NCBI GenBank assembly: GCA_950097015.1
Contig: CATNEN010000007.1
Coordinates: forward strand, 9,920,001-9,984,000
Reading direction: 5' to 3'
From: Macrostomum hystrix
Taxonomy: Eukaryota; Animalia; Platyhelminthes
Length of the DNA: 64,000 bases
Shown: piece by piece, positions 23,198-34,681 of the stretch
Numbering within the stretch: position 1 is the stretch's first letter
Layout of the letters: every line of letters starts with the position of its first letter
Notes under the pieces: generated by a model
Database searches by the model: none
What the model saw: the letters and a program-made list of their open reading frames with translations, nothing else
Told to the model about the DNA's origin: nothing
Position numbers and translations under genes: made by a program

Positions 23198-24743
23198 TTC
23201 TCGGAAAATTTATTAAAGGCAGATTTTCACGGAAAATGCACTGCGAGAAAAGAACTTTTCATGTTTCTCCCATTAAAATGTTTATAATTTTTATTGGAAG
23301 CAAATCCAATGCTGTTCTTTTAATATATCTAGCAGAACATGTTGCTTAACTGCATTTTAGATACTCGTAGCTTCGTTTATGAATAATTGATCTTCATATT
23401 ATTAGTTTTTATAAGCCAGTGACTAGACCTATAAACTTCAATTGAAATGAATGCAGTTTTAATTTTAAATTTATTTTTTTAATTAGGGCTTACCTACAAG
23501 CTATCTTACTTTGGCTATTGACCTATATATTGTATTATTTATGCATTCTAAATGAGGTAGGCCTAGTTCTAAAGCATAGGACAAGCTTGTTTAATGCCTA
23601 CACTTTAAATAAATTGTTGGTATTTTTATGGACAACAATTTTTTTATAAGTTTATAAAGAAAGGCCTAATGATGTAAGTAGGCCCTAGTCTTTATAACAA
23701 TCCATAGTCACAGACAGTGCCAATAACTCTTAAATAAGGTAAGGTTGTGTGCTTCAAGAGGTGCAAGAAAATGAAAAAAATAACTTAATGTATCAATAAA
23801 TCAATAAATCAACATAAATAACTTCTAATAAAATCCCAATGTATTTTTGTCCATAAGGGTCCCTTGTATATTATCTTCTTGCACACAACTAAATTAAAAA
23901 AGAAAGATAATAAACATCCACTATACTGTCCAATGGGTAGATCAAGGGCATAATGTTAGGATACAAGTATCTTGAGCAAATAGCCTATGTATATCACACT
24001 AAAAGTGAGGAACAAACCTCTTGCTGGCAGACCAAAGCCAGTTTTGGGCTTGTTTACCTTTGTCAGTCAGCCATAGGCCTAGCCATATGTAGTCCTCTCC
24101 CACCACCCTTAGTGTGCACAGAAGTCTCTTTGAACATTGCCATTTTATGGCAATACTTTTTAGTGTCATGTGAGAGCTTTGCAGCCAAGTCCTTGCTTTT
24201 CTACTGTTGCCAGTAGTCTGAATTTTGTTATAGTACATTGATCCTCTTGGAAGTTAATGTAAATAATTTTTAGTTTTTGACAGAAAGTGCTATGAACATT
24301 GTGCTATTATTAAAATACATTGATAATCATGTTACTATTCCCATTAGCAAAAAATGTAAAGAATTGTATATAAAAGTTAATAAAAATATCATATAGTTTG
24401 TAATTTTGTAAAAAATAATTTGATAGCTACCTTCTGCCTCTAGAATAACCACAACCTATTACTTTTACTATTACCCTAGCCTGTGTGAATCATTGATATG
24501 AGTGTAAACAGTTCACTGGCCATTTTTTACTTGTCTGTAGTAGGACAAAGACCAAGATATAGATTACTGATTGCATGATAAAGTTATAATTGCATTGTGC
24601 AATAAAGAAATTCAATTATGCTTTATTCCTTAAAAACAGACTCTTGCTACCCTAGCAGAGTACAAAGTGGTAGTATTTATACTAAGTTTTGCCAAAACTC
24701 CCAGAAAATAGCAGTTAGGCATTTACTTTCAGCTGAGCCAGCC

Positions 24744-26711
24744 ATGCCGCCGAAGAAGCGACAGTCGACATCTTCAAAAGCTGGTGCTGGCGGCAAGCGG
24801 GCAAAGCTAGAGGAGGCGGCAGCCCCAGCCAGCAGTGCAGCGGATGCAGAGCCAGCCAGTCCAACTGTGGCAAAGGCCAAAAAGTTGACCAAAGCTGCAG
24901 CCAAAGCCAAGGCGCCCAGTGGAAAGACTGCGGCATCTCCCGCGCCCGCAGCTGCCGCTGCCGAAGCAGCTCCTGATCCATCTAGCTCTCTGGAATACCC
25001 CGCCGCTAAGGACGCCGAGGGCCGGCCCTGGAGCCTCAAGCTGGCCTCGTGGAACATCAACGGCCTGCGAGCCTGGATCAAATCAAACGGCTACCGATAC
25101 GTGACTGAGGAGTCGCCATTCATCATTGGCGTGCAGGTGGGTGGGCGTCTTGTCATTTCGCAATGTTTTGCTGTTTAGGTTGCGGCAAAAATTATCCCAG
25201 GGTTAATTTAATTACTTTTTAAAGTTTAAAAGTAAGACAAGAAAAGTCATAAACTTAATCCTGCCTCCCCAATCGATAATCCCACCTTTGATCCTAACTC
25301 CATAAATCGATAATCCCAACCTTTGATCCTGACTCCCCAAATCGATGATCCCAACCTTTGATCACAACTCCCCTAATCGATGATCCCAACCTTGGATCAT
25401 GACTCCCCAAATCGATGATCCCAACCTTGGATCATGACTCCCCAAATCGATAATCCAAACCTTTGAGCACGACTCCCCTAATCGATAATCCTAACCTTTG
25501 ATCATGACTCCTCAAATTGTAATCCTCTTTTGTACTTCCATTCTCCCATTCGAATCCAGGAGATCAAGTGCCCGGCTAGCAAGGTCCCCCCGGAGGCCAG
25601 CGTCCCCGGCTACCACTGCGTGTTCAGCTCGGCAGACAAGGACGGCTACGCGGGCACCGGTATCTACAGCCGTGAGAAGCCGCTGTCCGTCAAGGAGGGA
25701 ATCGGCGCCGACAAGCACGACAGCGAGGGCCGGGTGATCACCGCCGAGTTCGAAAAGTTCTACTTCGTGACGGCCTACGTGCCAAACAGCGGGCGGCAGC
25801 TGGCCCGCCTGAAGTACCGCGTCTCCGAGTGGGACCGCGACTTCGCCGCCTACCTTCGCAGCCTGGACGCTATCAAGCCCGTGATTGTGTGCGGGGATCT
25901 CAATGTGGCCCACCTGGACATCGACCTGGCTAATCCCAAGGGCAATCAGCGCACAGCCGGTCAGTTGCTTCGGCATATTCTGTGTTGTAGCAGCCCTACT
26001 GACACTTTTGTGGGCTTTGTGGGATAAAACAGCGATTTTTAGGGGTAGCGGCAGAGCGGGTGAATTTTTCGCCTCTCGCACCAAGCTGCCTAAGCTCGAT
26101 TCCGCGGCGAGGCCAAATTCATTTATCGTGCAATTTACGCCCTTGAGTGCTAAACTCGAAGGCACAGGTAAAGTGTAAAGATTTGCCATTTGCCTGCAGC
26201 CCTCCTGCAATTATTATTTCTTATTTTTTAAGTGTGATTTTAGGCATGAGCAGAATTTTTTCCTTTTAAGTTTTTTTCACTGTTTCTTTGGGGTTTTAGG
26301 GTGCGTCAGAACAGATAATTTCCCGAAAAATCTATTAGTGATCACTATTTGGTATATTTTGGGATCAGGAAATATAATTTGGACTGCTGTATACCTATGC
26401 ACTCACGAGAGTACTCTAAGCAGACACCCGCCCGCCGTGCCTCAGGCTTCACGAAGGAGGAGCGGGACAGTTTCTCCTCCATGCTGACTGAACTGGGCCT
26501 GGTGGACTCGTTCCGGCTGAAGCACCCGGACCAGACTGGCGCCTACACCTTCTGGTCCTACATGCGCAACGCCAGGGCTCAGAACATCGGCTGGCGCCTG
26601 GACTACTTCCTGGTGTCTAAAAGGCTGGCCGACCGAGTCTGCGACAGCCTCATCCGGTCCAGCGTGATGGGCAGCGACCACTGCCCCATTGTGCTGCTGC
26701 TCAGTCAGTGA
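24744..26711 (+). CDS. APEX1: AP endonuclease 1 (ExoIII family), 3 coding exons
   Basis: Exons 24744-25136, 25560-25959 and 26446-26711. Basic N-terminal tail MPPKKR; motifs SWNINGLRAW, Q|EIK, EGRVITAEF, YVPNSG, CGDLNVAH, YTFWSY, GWRLDYF, GSDHCP. Confidence 0.96.
25259..25515. repeat. Minisatellite, ~39-bp unit, ~6 copies, APEX1 intron 1
   Basis: GATCATGACTCCCCAAATCGATGATCCCAACCTT(T/G) tandem units. Confidence 0.9.
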
Positions 26712-27326
26712 GCCAGGGCTCGAATCTCTCGTCTGTGCCATCGAGGCTCGACTAATAAGATTACGAGGCAGTTACACTCTAAGGTGGCAGGCATAGTTAA
26801 TCGTGCCGGTTATTTTCTTAAGTGCAACAATTACTAGAACTATTTTTTAACTATGCAGCACATGTACGAACTGTTTTTCTACTCTTGTGTGTGTATATTT
26901 TTCCCTAGCGACGAATTTACAAACAGCCACTGCTTGTTTCTTGAATTCCACGTTTTCGTACGAAAATTAACTGCTCCAATGTTTTCTCTGTAACGAGAAA
27001 GAAACTTTTTCAACCGCAACCCTACTGAAGTTTACTGTATACAATGCTTTTCCCGGTCGCAGTCTTTTTTTCCACTTTATTATAGTCGTTCGTTTTTAAC
27101 CTTCCAAGCTACGTTTGGCTTGAGCCGAAACTACGGCTGCGAATCAAGGATCAAAATATAACATTTAAAATGTATTTTTCCATCCGAATTTGCTTTACTA
27201 GCAAAGTCTATGAAGTTTACATGTCCAATTGTCCATACTACTGTTCAGATAGTAGCACGGTAGGAACATTTGCAGCGAACAAATGCCTTTAATACGGTCC
27301 AGCATTTTGTCTGACTCTGATTTCAG

Positions 27327-28520
27327 TTCGCAGCATCCGCATCTGTTTGTCGCTGGCTTCTGCGCCGCAGTCCCCGGATTGTTTTTGCCAGCAGCAGTTC
27401 GCCTTGCCTCGCCGTTTGCTTCTCCGCGCCTCGCGCCGGCCTGGCCAACATCCGGTCTGGCCGTCACCTGGAGCACGTGCTGTACCCGCAGCGCCTGCGG
27501 CCCAAGCGTCAGGACCAACAGAAGCTGCCGCGGGCGCCATCCAACCTGGTGACTCGCGAGGACCTCGAGGCCGCCTGGTCCTGGAAGGCCGAGGGCGGCG
27601 ACTCGGACGCTGCGGCTCAGCTCATCCTCAGCGTCGACTGCCGCGCCATGGACTCGGAGGATCTGGCGCTCAGTCTGCGCGCAGTTGCCTCTCCGTATCG
27701 GGCGCGCCACCTCGGCGCTGTCGGGGAGGCCAAGCTGGCTGTCCTGCGCGCAGATCCACGGCTGACGCTGCTGGAGTGCGCGGCCGCGGCGCGAGCTCGG
27801 CACCTCGGACCTTCGCAGCTGTGCCGCCTCGTCTGCGATGTCTGCGTGGCACTCCGCGCCGACCCGCGCATCTCCGCCGCTCTGCTGGCGCTGCTAAATT
27901 CGGCGGCGAACGACCTGCCGCTTGAGCGCCTGCTGGAGACGCTGTGGCGCCTCGAACGCGCGCCGCCACCCGGCCCCGAGCTGGCGCTTTTTCGGCGCCA
28001 GACGCTGACACACCTGCGCGCCCGCCTTCACGAGCTGGACGGCAGCCCAACGCCAAATTGCGCGGCCGCCTCTCGTGCGGCCCTCCTGTTCTCTGGCGAG
28101 CTGGAGCCGGGTGATTCAGCGCGGCTTCTGACGGCGGCGCGGCGTGGCGCGGCCCAGACCTCTGCCCTGGATCCCGCTCGCGTCGGCGACTCGGTCTTCG
28201 CCTGGCGACCCCTCCTGGCCTGGTCGCTGCCCCCGGCCTGCCGACACCTGAGCGAGTGCGCTGACGGAATGTTTGAGCTAGGCGCCGACGACCTTGACGG
28301 CCTGCTGTGCGCGCTGGAGGCCCTGCTGGGCGCCTTGGCTGAACCTCCGGCCAGCGATGAGCAGCCAATCGGCGAGCTGCTGGCCGACCTGTGCGAGCTG
28401 GGGCCGCGCGTGCTGGCCCGCCTGCCGGAGACGGCCCGGCCAGATGATTTGACCGCCAAGTTTCACGAGCTGCGTCGGCGACTGCTGCCGCTGAGCCTTG
28501 CGCCTCCCGAGCCGGTTTGA
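27327..28520 (+). CDS. Leu/Ala-rich alpha-helical protein, tentatively FASTK-family-like, with a putative mitochondrial presequence; no genomic ATG at the 5' end
   Basis: Frame is open from acceptor TTTCAG| (exon starts 27327; in-frame TGA at 27318) to TGA at 28520 with GC-rich coding bias. N-terminus FAASASVCRWLLRRSPRIVFASSSS is Arg/Ser-rich with no acidic residues. AATAAA at 28615. FASTK similarity is by eye. Confidence 0.65.
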   Translation, partial: FAASASVCRWLLRRSPRIVFASSSSPCLAVCFSAPRAGLANIRSGRHLEHVLYPQRLRPKRQDQQKLPRAPSNLVTREDLEAAWSWKAEGGDSDAAAQLILSVDCRAMDSEDLALSLRAVASPYRARHLGAVGEAKLAVLRADPRLTLLECAAAARARHLGPSQLCRLVCDVCVALRADPRISAALLALLNSAANDLPLERLLETLWRLERAPPPGPELALFRRQTLTHLRARLHELDGSPTPNCAAASRAALLFSGELEPGDSARLLTAARRGAAQTSALDPARVGDSVFAWRPLLAWSLPPACRHLSECADGMFELGADDLDGLLCALEALLGALAEPPASDEQPIGELLADLCELGPRVLARLPETARPDDLTAKFHELRRRLLPLSLAPPEPV

Positions 28521-29369
28521 AAGTGCTTCATATTTGTGTTTCTGCCCGCCTCAGGTCGGGTTTTGTGAGCTTGTCACATGCAGTCTTTCCTATTGCTTTA
28601 TATGACTGTTCGGAAATAAATAAATGAAAGCAAATACAGTGCTGTGCTGCAGTTCGATGCAGCCAAGGCCTGTGGCGTGCATCGTGCATTTACCTGCGCT
28701 GAAAAATTTACGGCTATTAATATGTCGTGTCTTCTTCATATCTTTTCTCTTCGGAATATCAATTTTTGTGATAGCTCCTAGGATTATCACCTAAGTCAAC
28801 ATCCCGTCCACCCCTCTGACTCCCGAGTCACTAGACTGTGAGGTACACGTTTTTGTGAAGATTTAACGTCCAATGCCTGCGTGGCTTAGAACAGCTATTT
28901 CTATTCATATGCGGCTGATTTTACCGCCTTGTTATTCGTCTAGTCTGTGCAATATTAACAGACGCCGAGCACAAGAATTAATCCCTAACCCTTACCTCTA
29001 TTCCCTACTCTCTGCCAGTTGCCCTTCATACTTTACCTCTAACTTTGAGGCTTGAGACACCTCAGCGTTTCAAATCTAACAGGACCAAAAACTGGACATC
29101 TCATCGATTAAAGATTCTAACAACCGATATTCGAATTCGTATTCCTTTCAATAGGACTGATCCTCACCTTGAGCTCCGGCTCCAGCCTTCGCAGACTCCA
29201 CCAAGATAAGTCCAATCTTATTCTTGTCTTCCAACAATATCCTTACTGTTTTAACATCTCTGTACGAAAAGAAATATAACATCCTAGTTGACGAGACTGA
29301 CATCTGGAAAACTGTCGATCAGGCTTCCTGTCTCCATCTTCGATTATACGAGAGATAGCCAGATTTCAA

Positions 29370-30038
29370 CTGCTCATCCCCCTGACACTCGAATCACTAG
29401 AATGCTCACCCCCCCTGACCCTCGAGTCACTAGATTGCTCATCCCCCTGACACCCGAGTCACTAGATTGCTCATCCCCCTGACACCCGAGTCACTAGATT
29501 GCTCATCCCCCTGACCCTCGAGTCACTAGATTGCTCATCCCCCTGACCCTCGAGTCACTAGATTGCTCATCCCCCTGAGCCTCGAGTCACTAGATTGCTC
29601 ATCCCCCTGAGCCTCGAGTCACTAGATTGCTCATCCCACTGACACCCGAGTCACTAGATTGCTCACCTCCCTGACACCCGAGTCACTAGATTGCTCATCC
29701 CCCTGAGCCCCGAGTCAATAGATTGCTCATCCCACTGACACCCGAGTCACTAGATTGCTCATCCCCCTGAGCCTCGAGTCACTAGATTGCTCATCCCCCT
29801 GAGCCTCGAGTCACTAGATTGCTCATCCCCCTGACCCTCGAGTCACTAGATTGCTCATCCCCCTGACCCTCGAGTCACTAGATTGCTCATCCCCCTGACC
29901 CTCGAGTCACTAGATTGCTCATCCCCCTGACACCCGAGTCGCTAGATTGCTCATCCCCCTGACCCTCGAGTCACTAGATTGCTCATCCCCCTGACACCCG
30001 AGTCGCTAGATTGCTCATCCCCCTGGGCCCCGAGTCAC
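29370..30038. repeat. Minisatellite, 32-bp unit (GATTGCTCATCCCCCTGACCCTCGAGTCACTA), ~21 copies
   Basis: Direct tandem units; a lone diverged unit lies near 28810-28836. Confidence 0.97.
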
Positions 30039-30144
30039 CAAGCTCGAGTTAGGACCAACTTAATAAGCACATAACTAACTGTAAACATTACAAAGCCAAG
30101 TTTTTCCTGCCTTTCAGTCACCAGACTAGCCTGAACATCTCACA

Positions 30145-30837
30145 ATGTCAGCTGAACCAATCATTGTTGAGCAGTCCAAGCCGCCACTGCCTGACAGCAT
30201 CCAGTCCAATGAGCAGCAGTCGCAGTCATTCTCACTGCGCCAGCTCACAGACAGTTTCGACCGATGCCGCGGCCAGCCAGATCTCGACCTCGCCGCCTAC
30301 GCTGAGGGCTACGATCAGCTGCTGCACTTTTTGCGCAGCCTGAACAAGGCGTTCTACTTCGTGGTGCAGGACGTGGACTCCAAGCTGCGCATCCTGCGCC
30401 TCCGCTTGTCCGGCCCTGAAGGCGCCAACTTCGCCAGCATTGGCGGCATGCTGCAGTTCGAGGCCGCCGCTAACTTCGCCGGCAAGGAGAACGGCTCGCG
30501 CACCCTGCTGCGCCTGCACCGGGCGCTCATCTTCCTGGTGCTGCTGCTGGAGCGCCTGGTCAGCGCCCCGCCTGACAGGGCCATCTCCGGCATTGCTGGC
30601 GAGTCCTACAACGAGTCCCTGGCCAAGCACCACCCGTGGGCCGTTCGCAAGGCGGTGGGCCTGGCCCTCTACCTGCTGCCATCGCGCGAGCACCTGCTAG
30701 CCAGCATGGCCGAGCAGAACGCCTGCTCGCCTGACGAGGTTCGCCGCCTGGTCATGGAGTCCGCGCCCTGCCTGCGCGACGTCTATGACCGGACCCAGCG
30801 GCTGTACGAGGAGGCCGGAGCTCTGGAACTGCCCTGA
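30145..30837 (+). CDS. CPTP: Ceramide-1-phosphate transfer protein (GLTP fold), single coding exon
   Basis: FVVQDVDSKLRIL, NGSRTLLRLHRAL (the RT.LRLHRAL signature of CPTP/GLTPD1 rather than GLTP) and YNESLAKHHPWAVRKAV; acceptor CCTTTCAG at 30117. Confidence 0.9.
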   Translation: MSAEPIIVEQSKPPLPDSIQSNEQQSQSFSLRQLTDSFDRCRGQPDLDLAAYAEGYDQLLHFLRSLNKAFYFVVQDVDSKLRILRLRLSGPEGANFASIGGMLQFEAAANFAGKENGSRTLLRLHRALIFLVLLLERLVSAPPDRAISGIAGESYNESLAKHHPWAVRKAVGLALYLLPSREHLLASMAEQNACSPDEVRRLVMESAPCLRDVYDRTQRLYEEAGALELP

Positions 30838-31600
30838 GCCGGCATTTCTAAATCAACAAAATGATAAACCCGGTTGAGATTGACTACTACTATGAGTAGA
30901 GCAGGCGAATGCAAAGGAAATTCAATTAATAACACATGCAATATAGGCAATTCTTGGAAGTTAATTCCTGATTCATAAATTTTCATTCAATTCCGGATTT
31001 ACATTGACCTGTGTCAAATTTTGTTTTATAATATTCCACCTCAATCTTTAAATTTCTTGTTTGGTCATGGAACAAGCATCAAATTTCAGATATAGCTCGT
31101 AATTACCTGTTCATCTTGAGCCACTTTATACTTTCGAATTCCTTACAACTTGCATCCAAACCCAGATAAATTTCTTTTATTGTCTTTCCGATCAAATCTT
31201 AGTTGTTTGGTTGTTCTTGTGGCATTTTGTATTTTGATTTTACCGGGTAATTTGCCGCATATGCTACTCGCGCTTTGTGCAGTAGCGCACCAGGCGCATG
31301 GTTAGTACTGTTTCCGATTGATATCTCGCCCGCCTCGTCTAGTTATGGATAGTAATCGCCCTCAGTATCGCCATAACTCGCCTAGTTGTCAAATTATCTC
31401 TGCCTCACCCACCCAGTTAAATGTGTCTGCATGACAGAAACTGTTACGAGTATACACCTTTAAAATTTTTTTGTGCTTCAAATTTAGTGTTTTAACTCGA
31501 TTGCTGCTTTAAAACACAATTTCTGCTCAATATGCCGAATAGGATCGATTAACTTGACTTCCATAGTCAGTTGTAGCTGTAGATAGCTGTAGTTGTAGTT

Positions 31601-31750
31601 GTAGTTGTATGGTTAGATTCATCGGACTCATGACTTGGAAGTCAGGGGTTCAGTTCACCCAGCTGTTAAAAGAGTACCCAGCATTAGCTGGGGTATTTGA
31701 GTGCAGGGTGTGGTTCCTTCCTGGTCCATGGACTGAGGAAGGGTTAGAGT
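31601..31750 (+). mobile_element. Possible tRNA-derived SINE remnant
   Basis: A-box-like GTTGTATGGTTAG, B-box-like GGGTTCAGTTC, then CACCCAGCTGTTAAAAGAGTACC, which resembles the downstream part of CORE-type SINEs; no intact cloverleaf. Confidence 0.35.
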
Positions 31751-31818
31751 TAGCGTAATTGCATAAATATGTTAGTCCAGAACCTGTGCAGACTCCGGGC
31801 TTGCCCTGCGCATTGCAG

Positions 31819-33501
31819 GCACGGCAGCCCGCGGCCAGCGATCCCTGGGCCAGCAGTTGCTTCGGCGAAGACGAGGAGCCGCCAACTGGCGCTGCCTCGC
31901 CAGACGCCGAGGACTACCTGCTACCAAGGCAGGAGGTCGAGCGGCTCTGCGACTGCCGGCTGGACCCGCCTCCCGACGCCACGTCAGCTGCGGCTACGGC
32001 GGCTTCGGCCGCTTCTTCGAAGTCGACAACTGCGGCTGCGCTGCGGCGTCGGCATCGTCAGCTGGTGCGCGCCGACTCGCTGGTTCTGCGCGACCCTCAG
32101 GCGCGGCACGCCGTCGACATGCTGGCGGCCGTGCGGCGCCTTCGACAACTGCAGCGTCGACAACTGAAGCGGCGCCGACAGAGGCTGCTGTTACAGGTGC
32201 TTTTAATTAGCTATCCTAGCTATCCCTAACCTGTTAGATATTTGGTGTCCTTCCTGTTAGACACTCCCTAGCCTGTTAGATATTTGGTATCCTTCCTGTT
32301 AGACACTCCCTAGCCTGTTAGATATTTGGTGTCCTTCCTGTTAGACACTCCCTAGCCTGTTAGATATTTAGTGTCTTTCCTGTTAGGCACTCCCTAGCCT
32401 GTTAGATATTTGGTGTCCTTCCTGTTAGACACTCCCTAGCCTGTTAGATATTTGGTGTCCTTCCTGTTAGGCACTCCCTAGCCTGTTAGATATTTGGTGT
32501 CCTTCCTGTTAGACACTCCCTAGCCTGTTAGATATTTGGTGTCCTTCCTGTTAGACACTCCCTAGCCTGTTAGATATTTGGTGTCCTTCCTGTTAGACAC
32601 TCCCTAGCCGGTTAGATATTTGGTGTCCTTCCTGTTAGACACTCCCTAGCCGGTTAGATATTTAGTGTCCTTCCTGTTAGACACTCCCTAGCCGGTTAGA
32701 TATTTAGTGTCCTTCCTGTTAGACACTCCCTAGCCTGTTAGATATTTGGTGTCCTTCCAGGCCCAGACGGGAGCCGCTGCGCCTCCGCCGTCGCCGCCGG
32801 CGATCTCCCCTGAAGAGGCTGCCCGCCTGCGCGAGCTTCTCGCGGTGCCGGCACACACAACGGATCCGCGCGTGCCTCTGCTGCTGGGCGCCACCTCTGC
32901 CGAGGACTGCCACCGGCTGCTCCTGTGCAGCTCGTCAGCCACCGTGCTTCTAGCGGGCTTTGACAATGTCTCAGATGCTGCGCTGCGTGCGCTGGCGCAC
33001 TCGCTGGACTTGTTCCTGACGCAGGTTGGTGCAGACTAACAATGCCCGTTCGCTTTGATTGCTGCGGAATGCTCTGAGATGTCACATTCTTGGGAATCAA
33101 ATGCTGAGCCAAGATGCTCTGAATTGAATGAATGAGATTTCAGTTTTCAGTTCTCAGATGAGATTTCGCATTCGTCAGACCTGTTATTTGAGATCCTCTC
33201 TGCTCCCCTTCAGCTGTGCCAGCGCATCGCCGACCAGCCCAGAGTCAGCGACTATCCCGATGGTCTGCACAAGGCGCTGGCCGACTTCGGCATCACGGAG
33301 CCCTCCCAGCTGCGCCGCTGCTACGACCGACTCTTCACCGGTGGCCGGCGGCGGGCGCAGGACCGTCTGGCAGCCCTGCTCGGCCAGCTCGCCCCGCAGG
33401 TGCCTCCCGCCTTCGTCTCCGGAACCACTGCCGCCCTACCGGCTGCTGTCGACGTGAAAGTCGAAGCCAATGTTGTGGAGGCGTCCGGCGCCGTGGAGTA
33501 G
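31819..33501 (+). CDS. SUPT7L: SAGA/STAGA subunit SUPT7L (STAF65-gamma; bromodomain-associated histone fold), 3 exons; no genomic ATG at the 5' end
   Basis: Exons 31819-32196, 32761-33024 and 33214-33501, all phase 0. YLLPR...DPP, HAVDMLAAVRRLRQL, CHRLLLCSSSATVLLAGFDNVSDAALRAL and YPDGLHKALADFGI align in order with SUPT7L motifs (DLLPR..DPP, HTIQLIQHNRRLRNL, CRQLL...AGFD, FPDVMEQVFHEVGI). Confidence 0.8.
32229..32758. repeat. Minisatellite, 42-bp unit, ~12.5 copies, filling SUPT7L intron 1
   Basis: CCTGTTAGATATTTGGTGTCCTTCCTGTTAGACACTCCCTAG tandem units; the last unit ends in the acceptor CCTTCCAG. Confidence 0.97.
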
Positions 33502-33633
33502 AGACGAGGATATTCGGGATGGCTGCTTTCACTCCCTCGGCGATTCCGTCATGAGAGCCATCGGAAACCGTTGCCTCTTAGTCGATTCTTTTGTACAGAC
33601 TGAACTCAAGTGAATGTGCTCTGCCATCCATTT

Positions 33634-34127
33634 CCACTCCTAGATCCCCAGTTCGGTGTCCACTCCCAGATCCCAGTTCGGTGTCCACTCCCAGATCCCA
33701 GCTCGGTGTCCACTCCCTGATCCCCAGTTCGGTGTCCACTCCCAGATCCCAGTTCGGTGTCCACTCCCAGATCCCCAGTTCGGTGTCCACTCCCAGATCC
33801 CAGTTCGGTGTCCACTCCCAGATCCCAGTTCGGTGTCCACTCCCAGATCCCAGTTCGGTGTCCACTCTCAGATCCCAGTTCGGTGTCCACTCCCAGATCC
33901 CAGTTCGGTGTCCACTCCCAGATCCCAGTTCGGTGTCCACTCCCAGATCCCAGTTCGGTGTCCACTCCCAGATCCCCAGTTCGTTGTCCACTCCCAGATC
34001 CCAGTTCGGTGTCCACTCCCAGATCCCCAGTTCGGTGTCCACTCCCAGATCCCCAGTTCGTTGTCCACTCCCAGATCCCAGTTCGGTGTCCACTCCCAGA
34101 CCCCCAGTTCGGTGTCCACTCCCAGAC
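33634..34127. repeat. Minisatellite, 22/23-bp unit (TCCACTCCCAGATCCC(C)AGTTCGGTG), ~21 copies
   Basis: Direct tandem units; explains the six-frame repetitive ORFs here. Confidence 0.97.
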
Positions 34128-34681
34128 CGTCAGTAGCCAGTTTAAATGTTCATTTTCAGCCTCTGCCATACTGAATCATAAGGTTAAATTCAATGGAAAT
34201 ATACCAACAGTTTAGAAAATCCAACCTATTGAGTTGGACAAAACGAATTGTTGAGTTGAGAGTTGTCTGTCATTCTGCACTTTTTAATTGGACTAATATA
34301 GTTCTCGCATGGCATGTGATGAGCTGACTAGATCAGCTTAGAAAATATTTAGTCATCATTCAATGCAGCAACCAGTGGGCAGCAGGAAACAAAACCTGAA
34401 CCAACCAGCTTTGGAAAGCAAACAAGACCAATCTGATGTGCGTCCTATAATTTTCTCATAAAAGCTCATGGCGAGTAACTCGAGTAATGGCGAGTAGCTG
34501 AGCAAGCCAGCGGGGCTGTGTCAACAATCAGGCCGATGCCAGTGAAGACAAATTTGCTTTTTAAGGTCTTTTTCGTAGGAGCGGGTTGATTTCTGGTTTA
34601 AAAAACCAAAGCCAAAAAGCCAATTTAAAAAACGCGCTGAGCTAAGGACCTAAACACAGGCGTTCTGTCTCTGTCCTGAGC

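Noticed and set aside
27198-28466. Antisense and alternative-frame ORFs over GC-rich exons (also at 4683-5222, 30232-30693 and 56063-58018)
   Set aside because: Shadow ORFs caused by high GC3 in real genes
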